Positions 28,122 through 37,997 of a stretch of DNA of 64,000 nucleotides are shown here, piece by piece. The notes under the pieces are model-generated. The model was given only the letters and a program-made list of their open reading frames with translations. It did no database searches and was not told where the DNA came from. Each line of letters starts with the position of its first letter. The first letter of the stretch is position 1. The translations under genes and the position numbers were made by a program. This DNA is from a virus: positions 1 through 64,000 of IMG/VR virus record IMGVR_UViG_3300033388_002987; one strand, written 5' to 3'.

Positions 28122-28946
28122 ATGACACAACAAGAAACATATGAGGCTAACCTAAATGATTGGGTGGTGATATATAGAGGTTATGGTGAGAAGAGAAGAG
28201 TTATAAGTTTACCTATGTGGAATGATGAAGATGAACATTACCAACTAATAGCCAAAGAACACTCTTTTATAGCTGATGCTGTAATAGCTAATCCTAATGT
28301 TGAAGTGGAATTTTTAATGCCAAATATGACAGATGATTTTAAGAGAGATTATAGCTTCTTTGATACCTATGACTATGAAAATACCTACAGACTAGCACCA
28401 ACAGAAGATAAACAAGACTTCAATGGTGGATTTATTTCAGCATCACACGAAGCTTATGATTTGTTGATTGAACTAGATTATATAGCTTCTGATGGTGTAG
28501 CTGAAATGTATTCATTATACATTGTTCATGAACAATCATTTATGGGTTCAGATAACTCAAAAGGCTACAAACAATTCTACATAAACAACCATAAATTAAG
28601 TTGGGATAAGCCAACAGAACAAGGAGAAGAAGATGACAAAGTTTCAAGCAGAACTGAAAGCTTGGTGGTGGTTTCTGAAGATAGTTCTTCTAGCATCAAT
28701 GACAGTAATACCGATAGTAGTAACAACTTGGGTACTATCTCAATAACAGACGAACAAGGTAAAACTTATAAGTTTGAGAAGCCTGAGTTTGAATGTGAGT
28801 TGTTAAAGATACAAGGTGGCTTTATATATGGAGTATGTGATTTAGTTGCAAATCAATGGTTTCCACAATCATGGCTACTTAATGGTGGAGCAATATATGG
28901 TGATTACCCATCTAATTTTAACCTCACACCTATACAAGAAGAGTAG
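28122..28946 (+). CDS. acidic hypothetical protein
   Basis: AAGGA RBS; Ser-rich internal segment overlaps a nested ORF. Confidence 0.6.
   Translation: MTQQETYEANLNDWVVIYRGYGEKRRVISLPMWNDEDEHYQLIAKEHSFIADAVIANPNVEVEFLMPNMTDDFKRDYSFFDTYDYENTYRLAPTEDKQDFNGGFISASHEAYDLLIELDYIASDGVAEMYSLYIVHEQSFMGSDNSKGYKQFYINNHKLSWDKPTEQGEEDDKVSSRTESLVVVSEDSSSSINDSNTDSSNNLGTISITDEQGKTYKFEKPEFECELLKIQGGFIYGVCDLVANQWFPQSWLLNGGAIYGDYPSNFNLTPIQEE
28633..28746 (+). CDS. nested 37-aa transmembrane peptide (+1 frame)
   Basis: AAGGAG RBS; MTKFQAELKAWWWFLKIVLLASMTVIPIVVTTWVLSQ. Confidence 0.45.
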   Translation: MTKFQAELKAWWWFLKIVLLASMTVIPIVVTTWVLSQ

Positions 28947-29117
28947 TATGGATGTGAAGATAATTTCCCCGTATTGGTGGTCAATCTAAAAGATAACCAA
29001 GAACGGATAATTAGAACACAAGGACACTTAACTGGATTTGGTATTCTCAACGAAGATTGGCGACTAGCTACTAAAGAAGAAGTTATGAGCCTCTATTGGC
29101 TAGATAAGGAGGAAGTT

Positions 29118-29546
29118 ATGAAAACTAATATACCGCAATATAGAGCAAAAAAGATAGATAATGATGAGTATGTTGAGGGTCAATTATCACACTATATTTC
29201 TCAAGATGGAAGCATTTGGGATGATGAGGGTTTAATAATCCATACTAGAATATTTTATGATATTGACGATAAAGAACAAGGCTATTATTATTCACTAGAC
29301 AAAATAGACCCATCAACACTAGCAATACACTTCCCTGATATGAAAGATAGTGAAGGCACAAAGATATTTGCTAGTCTTAGTGAAGATGGTAAGGGTGGAG
29401 ATAGAATAAAATGGCTTCATGGTGATGATGAAGAATATTATGTATATCATAACACACAAGGAACATTTAATAAAGGGTTGGGATATCACGAAGTAGAAAG
29501 CTTCGGTGTTCCTCAAAATATGAAAGTAACAGGAATACAGGAGTAA
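29118..29546 (+). CDS. YopX-family protein
   Basis: QYRAKKIDNDEYVEG..IDPSTL..DMKDSEGTKIF; ATG 29118 follows AAGGAGG. Confidence 0.65.
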   Translation: MKTNIPQYRAKKIDNDEYVEGQLSHYISQDGSIWDDEGLIIHTRIFYDIDDKEQGYYYSLDKIDPSTLAIHFPDMKDSEGTKIFASLSEDGKGGDRIKWLHGDDEEYYVYHNTQGTFNKGLGYHEVESFGVPQNMKVTGIQE

Positions 29547-29689
29547 GTGATGAAATGGGTAATGAAACTAATAAACTTATTTAGGGAAGAATGTATATTC
29601 TGTAAAGGTCATAATGTTTCTCACAGAAAAGCAGATTTATTTGACCATTATAAATGTAACAATCCTAAATGTTTGCAACAGTGGAAAAC

Positions 29690-30028
29690 ATGATTATCTT
29701 TAGTGGAGAAAAGATAGATAGTGATGAAGTGGTAGAGGGTTATTGCTATGAGTATAAAACTTATAAAGGTAATAGACAATATATAAAAGATACTAATGAT
29801 ATTGAAAGAAACTACCAAATCAAACCATCTACCTTAAAAGTATCATTTGATGGTAAGGTGTTTTATACAGAAAGCTTTATTAATGCTTGTATAGACCAAA
29901 CCAAAAGAAGAGACAATAGAAGTTGTGGTAATTGTGATTGGTATATTGATAATCAATGTGAAATTATAGATAAATACATAGGTGAAGAGCATTATTGTAG
30001 TTTATGGAAGGAACTAGACAATGACTAA
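29690..30028 (+). CDS. YopX-like N-terminal domain protein with Cys-rich tail
   Basis: FSGEKIDSDEVVEGY..IKPSTL; CGNCDW..C..C. Confidence 0.5.
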   Translation: MIIFSGEKIDSDEVVEGYCYEYKTYKGNRQYIKDTNDIERNYQIKPSTLKVSFDGKVFYTESFINACIDQTKRRDNRSCGNCDWYIDNQCEIIDKYIGEEHYCSLWKELDND

Positions 30029-30470
30029 TATGCAACCTCCACTTTACATAGAAGCAGGCAACCACTTGGTTGACGTCACCACAATAAAATCTGTAGAATT
30101 ATCAATACTCACTACTTCAAATGACGGTGAATATTTCATATGGAATGATAAGGAGTATCATAAGTATAGGGAAATACACGGCTATGGAGTGACTTTTACT
30201 CCTTCATTACCTAAAGCGGACATTGCAATACTAGAATATACACCTATAGATTACTACACTAAACATACAATCACACCTATAGTACATGTTCATGGAGATA
30301 CTACATTTGATGTGGAATTCCCACTTATAAAGTACTCTTCATTAGATGCAAACCCCTCCCATGATAAGATAACAGCTGACTTAAAGGCTTATATGAAAAA
30401 TATCATGGATGCTAAACAAAGTTACGTACATTCCTCACGAAATCTACGTAAAGAATTATCCCCATACTAG
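30021..30470 (+). CDS. hypothetical protein
   Basis: AAGGA RBS. Confidence 0.6.
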   Translation: MTNMQPPLYIEAGNHLVDVTTIKSVELSILTTSNDGEYFIWNDKEYHKYREIHGYGVTFTPSLPKADIAILEYTPIDYYTKHTITPIVHVHGDTTFDVEFPLIKYSSLDANPSHDKITADLKAYMKNIMDAKQSYVHSSRNLRKELSPY

Positions 30471-30478
30471 GAGTTTAA

Positions 30479-30664
30479 ATGAATGTATTAACACACGAAC
30501 AACACGAAGCACTACTACAAAAGAATTTAAAAGAATGTCTATCCTGGACTATTCCAATATGTATCACTATAGGCATAGCGATAGGAGGCATTGTAGCCTC
30601 TCTTAGCTATCAATCAATACTACAAGATACCTGCCAACAAATAGAAGCCCTAAAGGCACGCTAA
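30479..30664 (+). CDS. small membrane protein
   Basis: One TM helix. Confidence 0.55.
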   Translation: MNVLTHEQHEALLQKNLKECLSWTIPICITIGIAIGGIVASLSYQSILQDTCQQIEALKAR

Positions 30665-30724
30665 CACCAATCCCTTCACGGTTATGAACTGTTCAACAAT
30701 CAAATCAAATTAAGGAGACATAAT

Positions 30725-31048
30725 ATGTCATTATCAATTGCTATAAAAACAAAAGACTTAAAAGTTCTAGAAGAAACAGTTGCAAAAGCTGTAAAAATCT
30801 ATGCCGCAGAAAAACCTGCTGAAGTCAACGTAGATACTATTCACGGAAGCCTTCCATTCTCATCACTATGGGATGAAGACACTAAATGGGCAGTTATCAC
30901 AGCTGCATATGCTGAGATCTTACAACAAGTAAGCTCAATCAAAAAGGGACTTGATACTAGAGTTGAAACTGCTAGAATCATTGCTATGAACGCTGTAATG
31001 CGTAACGTAAGTTCAAAAACTGAGTCTGGTAAAGACGACTTAATCTAG
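30725..31048 (+). CDS. hypothetical protein
   Basis: AAGGAG RBS. Confidence 0.65.
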   Translation: MSLSIAIKTKDLKVLEETVAKAVKIYAAEKPAEVNVDTIHGSLPFSSLWDEDTKWAVITAAYAEILQQVSSIKKGLDTRVETARIIAMNAVMRNVSSKTESGKDDLI

Positions 31049-31056
31049 TACTTATA

Positions 31057-31076
31057 AGACGGCACACGTGCCGTCT
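31057..31076. other. perfect hairpin AGACGGCAC-AC-GTGCCGTCT
   Basis: Intergenic 9-bp inverted repeat with no T-tract. Confidence 0.6.
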
Positions 31077-31105
31077 ACTTAAATACTAAAATACAAAGGA
31101 ATATA

Positions 31106-33262
31106 ATGTCATTCAAAATCGGCGATAAAGTAAGAGTTAAATTTAAAGAAGAAATGGTAAAGGAGTTTGGAAGTTTAGACAGAGTACGTTGTGGGTTTGC
31201 TCCAAAGATGTATAATGCATGTGGAGCTGTTGATACTATCATTGATATATCAAAAAACGAAAGTATTATTTTAGATAATGGTACATTGGCTCGCTATGAT
31301 GTATCAACTGACATGATAACACACTACAAACCTGTACCAACTCTTACTAACCAAGTCATTGACATGATTTCAATGAAAATTCCAGGGCGCCAAGAATTGC
31401 AAAAGTTTCTTACAAGTATTGGAGAAAAATTATTCCCTGGCCAGGCATTTACAAGTACCGAGTACAGTCGTTTACATTATGGTTCTAAAGGCTGGTGTGG
31501 GATAAATAGACCTACAGCATCTATCACCTTTCAAGAATTTAAAGATCTATATAAAAATGAGGTAATAAAAATGAATATAAGTGCAGACATAACAGAGTAC
31601 TGTATAAAAGTAGGCAAACTACAAACTTCTACTTTAGAAGCTTTTAAAGAAAAACTTACTACAGCTGGATACTCAGTATCTTTTACCCCAAACCAACCAG
31701 GTAAATATATAGTTTACAAAGTCGATACTTGGTGCTACACTGATAAGTACATAAGAGATAAAACTATCACTTACACAGCAGCATTAGAATACATAAAAGG
31801 TGCTACTCTTAAAGCTGTTCCTGTAAATATTACTAACTTACGAAAAGACACTGTAAACTTAACAAATGGAAGTAAATCCCAATTAGAAGCATTACAAGCA
31901 TTATTTGAGTCCTATAAAGAAAATATAATTACATTGGGTAGCAGCTACCCACAACCTACTTTCTTAAGATATTATGAAAGTACAAAAAGATGGTCAACAG
32001 TTGCAGACCAACCAGATGATTATTTGAACATAGATGGTTTTATTTCAGAACATCAATCTACTACTAAAAACTCAGTAAAACCAGTAAAGTTACCTGCAGC
32101 TCCAATTGTAAAATGGAGAAACCCTTCACCAAAAATAAAAAATACATTATCTCTTGATGTAGGGGATAAAGTGTTAATAACAGGTATGACACTACCCTCT
32201 ATAATACAGTCAGTAGATGCCACCACTATAAAAATTAAAGGCTCAAAACGTAGCTTCTTAAAAACTAAAGTGTACCCTTTATTGTCACACTCGATAGATA
32301 ATATAAGAGTTGGGGATATTATAAATGTTTACCACACACCTTCCAAAACCTTAATCTATGATCAAGTAGTCGAGATTAATAATGATCAGCTAACTACCAT
32401 TACATCATTATATAGCATTTTTGATGTACATCGAGTACACTCAAATAGACTTTTACCAGGCACAGTTACTAAATATAAGTGTGATACTTTAGTATTCAAT
32501 AGTAAAAAATATGCTAGCCTAGCCACTTTACAAAGAGCTAATCCTACATTCGATATGGAAATAGTACCCTCTGTAATAACATATGACCATTCTAAGATAA
32601 CTACACATTATAATGTTACTGAAGACCAATTAATCGCAAAAGATATCACTATAGACCAGGAGTTAAATACAGCACTAGATCACCCATTAAACGCTGAAGC
32701 TAAAGAATGGGCGCTACTAGTAGGTGCATCTGGTACAGGTAAAACTGAAGCATGTATTAAATACGCTGCTTCTATAAAACGTCCTTATGTAAAACTACAA
32801 GGTAGTGCTCAGCTAACAGTAGATGATCTACAAGGTTATAAATCTATCACTACAGGTACATACTTCCCATCTCTACTACGTGACGCAGTAGAGACTGGTA
32901 AGCTATTTATTCTAGACGAAATCGATGCTTGTAACCCTAACACCTTACTATCCTTAAATGGCCTAAAACAATCACACTACCAGTTTCCAGATAAACTAGT
33001 AGCGGTTCACCCTGACTTTAGGTTTGTTGCTACAGCAAATACATTAGAGTACAATGAAGTCTACAATGCTCGTAATCCAATGGATAAAGCAACTATTGCT
33101 AGATTCAAGGTTATTAAGTACGAGATGGAACCACATCAATTAGCACTACGTTACGGATTAAAATATATAAAAAGTATAGCAGGTATCGAAAAACTAACAG
33201 CTAGAGAAGTTGCTAGAGAAGTAACTGGCTTAAAAATTAAAGAAATGAAGGAAACTAAATAA
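31106..33262 (+). CDS. MoxR/CobS-like AAA+ ATPase with long multidomain N-terminus
   Basis: GASGTGKT, ILDEIDAC, HPDFRFVATANT, MDKATIARF. Confidence 0.88.
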   Translation: MSFKIGDKVRVKFKEEMVKEFGSLDRVRCGFAPKMYNACGAVDTIIDISKNESIILDNGTLARYDVSTDMITHYKPVPTLTNQVIDMISMKIPGRQELQKFLTSIGEKLFPGQAFTSTEYSRLHYGSKGWCGINRPTASITFQEFKDLYKNEVIKMNISADITEYCIKVGKLQTSTLEAFKEKLTTAGYSVSFTPNQPGKYIVYKVDTWCYTDKYIRDKTITYTAALEYIKGATLKAVPVNITNLRKDTVNLTNGSKSQLEALQALFESYKENIITLGSSYPQPTFLRYYESTKRWSTVADQPDDYLNIDGFISEHQSTTKNSVKPVKLPAAPIVKWRNPSPKIKNTLSLDVGDKVLITGMTLPSIIQSVDATTIKIKGSKRSFLKTKVYPLLSHSIDNIRVGDIINVYHTPSKTLIYDQVVEINNDQLTTITSLYSIFDVHRVHSNRLLPGTVTKYKCDTLVFNSKKYASLATLQRANPTFDMEIVPSVITYDHSKITTHYNVTEDQLIAKDITIDQELNTALDHPLNAEAKEWALLVGASGTGKTEACIKYAASIKRPYVKLQGSAQLTVDDLQGYKSITTGTYFPSLLRDAVETGKLFILDEIDACNPNTLLSLNGLKQSHYQFPDKLVAVHPDFRFVATANTLEYNEVYNARNPMDKATIARFKVIKYEMEPHQLALRYGLKYIKSIAGIEKLTAREVAREVTGLKIKEMKETK

Positions 33263-34086
33263 TGCAAGAATTAAACTTTAACAAATGTGAGGTACCCTAC
33301 ACTATAAAAGGGTGCACAGATACAGATTTTGGCGAGACTATATACAACCATTTTGAAAATCCTATTGATTTTATGAACGCAGTTGTAGCATGTAAAGACC
33401 ATACAAGTACATCACTCAAAACAAAAACATACATAGAAGAAGGTATTGAAAAATACTCTCAAATAGATTCAAAAGATACATCATATGACAAACTATTCGA
33501 GGATGTTAGTGTAACAGTTAAATCAAAGCTTTTAGCTAGAGGTTTTACAACAGCTATGCTGTACTCGTCGGTTAACTTTACAACTATTAATACAGGCCTC
33601 ATGTCAAAACAACGTGCTATGCTAGGACGCAGAGACTGTTATTATGAGAATGCCTCAATAGGTGATGGAAAATTATTTCACGACATGTACATCAATATGT
33701 CTTACAGCGCTAGAATTGACGACAAAGTAATCACTAAAAACTCTTATGCCTTATACGCCTTAACTAGAGAACTTGCTAAAGTTATACCTATGCGTATTAT
33801 TATAGTTAATCATGTAGGCACAGATATCCCTACATGCTACTCATACGTCCTTAAACGTTTTGGATTACCAATCAAACCAAAAAAATTTCTTTTCTTCACA
33901 AGTGATAGTAAAAGAACATTCGGCTGGGCTACATACGATTTATTAAATAATGGTAAATCTAACAGGTCTACAGTAGGATACCCTGATAACTCAGTCAGCA
34001 TAGCTGCCTTCAATTTAGATAAAGAAATAGACACTATATTTGAAAAAATTAAATTAGTATCTCCTGACTTATTTAAACAGAAGTAG
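33262..34086 (+). CDS. AAA partner protein (vWA/CobT-like)
   Basis: Translationally coupled to the ATPase; alpha/beta pattern. Family assignment tentative. Confidence 0.5.
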   Translation: MQELNFNKCEVPYTIKGCTDTDFGETIYNHFENPIDFMNAVVACKDHTSTSLKTKTYIEEGIEKYSQIDSKDTSYDKLFEDVSVTVKSKLLARGFTTAMLYSSVNFTTINTGLMSKQRAMLGRRDCYYENASIGDGKLFHDMYINMSYSARIDDKVITKNSYALYALTRELAKVIPMRIIIVNHVGTDIPTCYSYVLKRFGLPIKPKKFLFFTSDSKRTFGWATYDLLNNGKSNRSTVGYPDNSVSIAAFNLDKEIDTIFEKIKLVSPDLFKQK

Positions 34087-34092
34087 TATAAA

Positions 34093-34749
34093 ATGGCTTA
34101 TATATATAAAGATATCAAAGATGTTAAGCCTGGTGATGTACTAGAAGCAGCAGTTAATTCAGATACTATTACTAAAGGAAAACTATACTATGTGCTCAAA
34201 GATGGCTCTCCAGCTGGAATGACTTATTGCAGAGACGATGGTGAGATATCTGAAGGATTTAACCCTAGTCCAGATTACTGGAAGCTGATAAAAACATCCC
34301 CTGGTAATGTCGCTGCAATAGGTGATAAAGTTTTTTGCTACACCTACAACAACGCACATAGTGGTGCAAACTGGGTAACTGGTACGATATATACAATTGA
34401 GAGATGGTCTAGTGATTATAACACTGCTAAAGCTTTTGGAAATAATTGGAATAACCCTTCAACTTTTATAACACTTCATACAGTCCAAATTAAATTCAAT
34501 AAAAGTATATTAGAATACGATATACCAGTAAATTGTACTACAAACGAACAGGCAGTAGCACTCACAACATGGGCACACAATAATGGTAAAAAATGGGCTA
34601 GTGGAAAGTCCTATAAAGATTGCACCGATTGGGAGGATTATAACACTGCCACTGTTTATCTAGTTAATAAGGGTACACACAGTGGTATATCTACTCACAA
34701 CCACCATAATGAAAACATTTGGTCTTACCAAGACGCGTTAAAGGAATAA
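34093..34749 (+). CDS. hypothetical (paralog of 39864)
   Basis: MAY.Y..IK..PGDV.E...WKL.KT.PG..A.GD..C shared. Confidence 0.65.
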   Translation: MAYIYKDIKDVKPGDVLEAAVNSDTITKGKLYYVLKDGSPAGMTYCRDDGEISEGFNPSPDYWKLIKTSPGNVAAIGDKVFCYTYNNAHSGANWVTGTIYTIERWSSDYNTAKAFGNNWNNPSTFITLHTVQIKFNKSILEYDIPVNCTTNEQAVALTTWAHNNGKKWASGKSYKDCTDWEDYNTATVYLVNKGTHSGISTHNHHNENIWSYQDALKE

Positions 34750-34750
34750 C

Positions 34751-35260
34751 ATGAACATAGTAACACTTTCACTGAGACTACAATACGACGATGCAATCGC
34801 TGTATTGCAACTACTAAAAGATAAGGGCTTAAACGCTCATATCTCTCCTGTAGAGCCTAAAGAACCAAAAGGGGATGTAGTACCTACCAACCAAGTAGAA
34901 GACGTCAGAGAGTCTCTAGTAGAGCCTGCAGTAATACCTCATCACGCTCACCAGGACGCAGCTGTAACAACTGCACCAACCGCTGGTAAAACTGTAAAGA
35001 TGCCTGGATTCATGCGCACTCAAACACAAATAGACAACTACACTTCTAGCGAAGCTAGTCGTGTAGAAGCTCTAGATGAAGAAGCAGAACTACGTGAACA
35101 ACGACGCCAAGAGCGTTTAGCTAAAAAAGAAGAAAAAGATGCCGAAGCCTTAGAGAAAAAAGAAACTAAAGCAAAAGCAGACAACGAAGTTGCCGCAATC
35201 AAAGAAGCAACTTTAACTACTACAGCCCAAACTTCCATAGTGAAACCGTGGGAACTATAA
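34751..35260 (+). CDS. charged coiled-coil protein
   Basis: AAGGA RBS; E/K/R-rich. Confidence 0.65.
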   Translation: MNIVTLSLRLQYDDAIAVLQLLKDKGLNAHISPVEPKEPKGDVVPTNQVEDVRESLVEPAVIPHHAHQDAAVTTAPTAGKTVKMPGFMRTQTQIDNYTSSEASRVEALDEEAELREQRRQERLAKKEEKDAEALEKKETKAKADNEVAAIKEATLTTTAQTSIVKPWEL

Positions 35261-35506
35261 ATGTATGTTACTAAAATGAAACCTATTATTATAGAAGCTA
35301 TGAAATACACACTTGTTAATATCGAAACCAAAACAGGTTACGATAAAGACGATGTACTACTAATAACTTTTAAAGACATAGGTGTAGCAATAAAAATAAG
35401 AGACTACGCTAGAGGCCTTGGTGCAGAAGCAACAGTTAAACAAGAAACATCTCAACTAGTCTGTGTATTTATACATACTACTGATGTGTACAAATTAAAG
35501 GGTTAA
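35261..35506 (+). CDS. hypothetical protein
   Basis: Operon packing. Confidence 0.55.
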   Translation: MYVTKMKPIIIEAMKYTLVNIETKTGYDKDDVLLITFKDIGVAIKIRDYARGLGAEATVKQETSQLVCVFIHTTDVYKLKG

Positions 35507-35507
35507 T

Positions 35508-35705
35508 ATGATTTACAGTGAAAATCCCGTCATAGACACACTTATAGCAGCCCATTCTTCAAAGGACTTTAAAAATAAGTATTTCGTAGAAATGGCTTCA
35601 TATGGTAACTACCTACTAAGAGACTTAACTGGTGAACTCATATCAACTCACAGCAGTCAGGACGAGGCCTTCGCAGCTAAAAAGGAGCTAGAATGCAAGA
35701 AATAA
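35508..35705 (+). CDS. hypothetical protein
   Basis: Operon packing. Confidence 0.55.
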   Translation: MIYSENPVIDTLIAAHSSKDFKNKYFVEMASYGNYLLRDLTGELISTHSSQDEAFAAKKELECKK

Positions 35706-36079
35706 ATGAACCTATAAATACACCCTTATTCTGGAGAATTTTCTATAAATGCCAGCAAGATGTACTAAAAAAGTACCCTGCAGCTACATTTGTAGAAATA
35801 ACTAATAAAGCTACTAAAATGGCAATGGAGGAACATAATGAATACGTACAAAGTCACGCTTAACGGGTACAAATTAAATATAATACAAGCTGTTAACTAC
35901 GATAAGGCATTACAAAAAGCCATATACCTATATGGCTTAGAAGTAGATATTGAGAAAATATAATGTCTGTAACTAAGTGGCTTATTATTAATACCTTCAT
36001 CTGTGAATGGTTTATTATATTAAATGCAATGAACAACTTCGGTTGGATAAATTTATAGGGAAATCCCTAAGGAGAAACA

Positions 36080-36643
36080 ATGACAAAAATAGACCTAGAA
36101 TTAGAGAAACACTTTAAAACAGTAGGCAGTAGACCTCAACGTAAAAACGAAGAAACACTTACTTCATTTGATCGCGACATATTTTGGTATGACAAAGACA
36201 CTAAACATCGCCAAACACCTTCTACCACCAAAGTCACTTACGAACATCATCGTAAAGCAATAGAAACAGCCGTTAACTTTATGCGTAAAGATACACAACA
36301 TACTATTGCTATGTGTATATTAACACATCGCCACTTCGAAGACTATCGAAACTCAGTCTTCTCAGGAGAAGGCAACTTCACAGCAGACTATTCTTTTATT
36401 GTGAAGAAAGTGCATATGTTATTCAACCCTACAACAAGTAGAATAACTACTTCTAGTATCAGTACTAAACTTAAAGAGTTTACAACACCTACCTTAGTAC
36501 AAGTAAACCACGTAGTCGGCGAAGTAACTCCAGTAACAGTACCTGATACTGGAGAAACACTTAATGAATGGGCAATCAAGTTTAACGAGAATGCCAACGA
36601 GACAACTACATATCACGTAGCTGGCCTTAAAATAGGTGCCTAA
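36080..36643 (+). CDS. hypothetical protein
   Basis: AAGGAG RBS. Confidence 0.65.
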   Translation: MTKIDLELEKHFKTVGSRPQRKNEETLTSFDRDIFWYDKDTKHRQTPSTTKVTYEHHRKAIETAVNFMRKDTQHTIAMCILTHRHFEDYRNSVFSGEGNFTADYSFIVKKVHMLFNPTTSRITTSSISTKLKEFTTPTLVQVNHVVGEVTPVTVPDTGETLNEWAIKFNENANETTTYHVAGLKIGA

Positions 36644-36884
36644 ATCAAGCCCTTGGTACCCCAATAGAGAACTGACCTATGGTCAGATCTACCACTTCAT
36701 ACGTGCCAAGACCTACAACTTATCACCATTCGACAAAGACTCAATCCAAGAAGCTAAAAAGCTAACACTAATGGAAGCACGTGATGCTTCTCCAAACTAC
36801 AAGATGTTCCTTAAAGCCGCTGTACTTGCTACAGGGCTTAGTGAGAGAACTATAAAAGGGATTTTATATAGTTCTGGGCAATAA
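36636..36884 (+). CDS. small protein with possible HTH
   Basis: AVLATGLSERTIKGIL. Confidence 0.5.
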   Translation: MPKSSPWYPNRELTYGQIYHFIRAKTYNLSPFDKDSIQEAKKLTLMEARDASPNYKMFLKAAVLATGLSERTIKGILYSSGQ

Positions 36885-37147
36885 ATTGCACATAAATCAC
36901 AAAGTCAAAATCCTCTATTAGAGGTAGGCTAATTAGCCACTATAAAGATAAAGAATTTGATACAATTTATACTTTAAAGTTTAAGTCTAAAGCAGATATA
37001 GATGTAATGGAGGTATACTTCATTAATAAGTTACAACCAGTTCATAACAAAGACAGTAATAGTAGCACCACATTAACAGTGGAAATAGCTAACATGGGTG
37101 AAGTCATCATCTCAACATTAATACACACTAAATCAAAGGATACATAG
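36852..37147 (+). pseudogene. degenerate GIY-YIG remnant
   Basis: Frame 36896-37147 reads ITKSKSSIRGRLISHYKDKEF...DIDVMEVYFINKLQPVHNKDSNS, closely matching the 18126 C-terminus; upstream KGI...GNK is broken by frameshift/stop. Confidence 0.7.
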
Positions 37148-37148
37148 A

Positions 37149-37964
37149 ATGGAAAATAACCAAACAGAAACTGGAGTAGTACTTCCGGAGGATAATATAA
37201 TAGATACTAATTGGGCAAGAGAACAATTAGCCAGAGTCGACGTTTTTTCGCAAGAACTCCTTAACTATGGACGTGGTGAGATCATGTTCATGCTTCAAAC
37301 AAACCTCTCAGCCCAAGGCTATGAACAGTCAATCAACGACTTAGGATACACGGTAGAAACTTCTACTACGTACATCAACTATCTCCAAAAGAGAACGGTA
37401 CTAGAAGCCATAAAGGCTAAATACTACGTAGCACTCTCACTAAGCGCAGCTGAGTACATCCCTGATAACATCGAAGATGCTACTGCATTGATAGATATCT
37501 GTCTTGCTAAATTTGGACGTCCCACAGCAGACAACCTTAAAAAAGCGGCTGAGACTAGCGGTGTACTCCCTAAGAAGATGTCTGAAGCCGCTATAGGGGT
37601 AGAAGCTCTTAAAAAGAAAGCACTTAACGATTGGTTAAGTAAAGAACACTCTATGTCAGAATCTGATATCATAGATGCTCAGAAACTTCATCCAGAAGGT
37701 CTTAAAGAGTTCACGGAAAAAATGGCTCAAGCCTACTTCCTACTAGAAGACTGGAAAGACTTCTACAGCATCATCGCTAAACCAGTACATGACTCTGAAA
37801 ACGCTAAAGCACTACGTTTCTTAGCCGACATTCAAGACGCGTCAGCGTCTATTGAGGAATACCTCTCAGCAGAGTCTGCTAATAAGAAACTCAATAGCCT
37901 TAAAGATCTGTTTGAAAACGAGGTGTACCCTGAACTAAGCTTCTCTAAGGAAACATTAAGTTAA
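37149..37964 (+). CDS. hypothetical helical protein
   Basis: 271 aa, AAGGA RBS. Confidence 0.65.
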   Translation: MENNQTETGVVLPEDNIIDTNWAREQLARVDVFSQELLNYGRGEIMFMLQTNLSAQGYEQSINDLGYTVETSTTYINYLQKRTVLEAIKAKYYVALSLSAAEYIPDNIEDATALIDICLAKFGRPTADNLKKAAETSGVLPKKMSEAAIGVEALKKKALNDWLSKEHSMSESDIIDAQKLHPEGLKEFTEKMAQAYFLLEDWKDFYSIIAKPVHDSENAKALRFLADIQDASASIEEYLSAESANKKLNSLKDLFENEVYPELSFSKETLS

Positions 37965-37997
37965 ATTTGCATATAATACTGTATTAAAAGGACTTAC

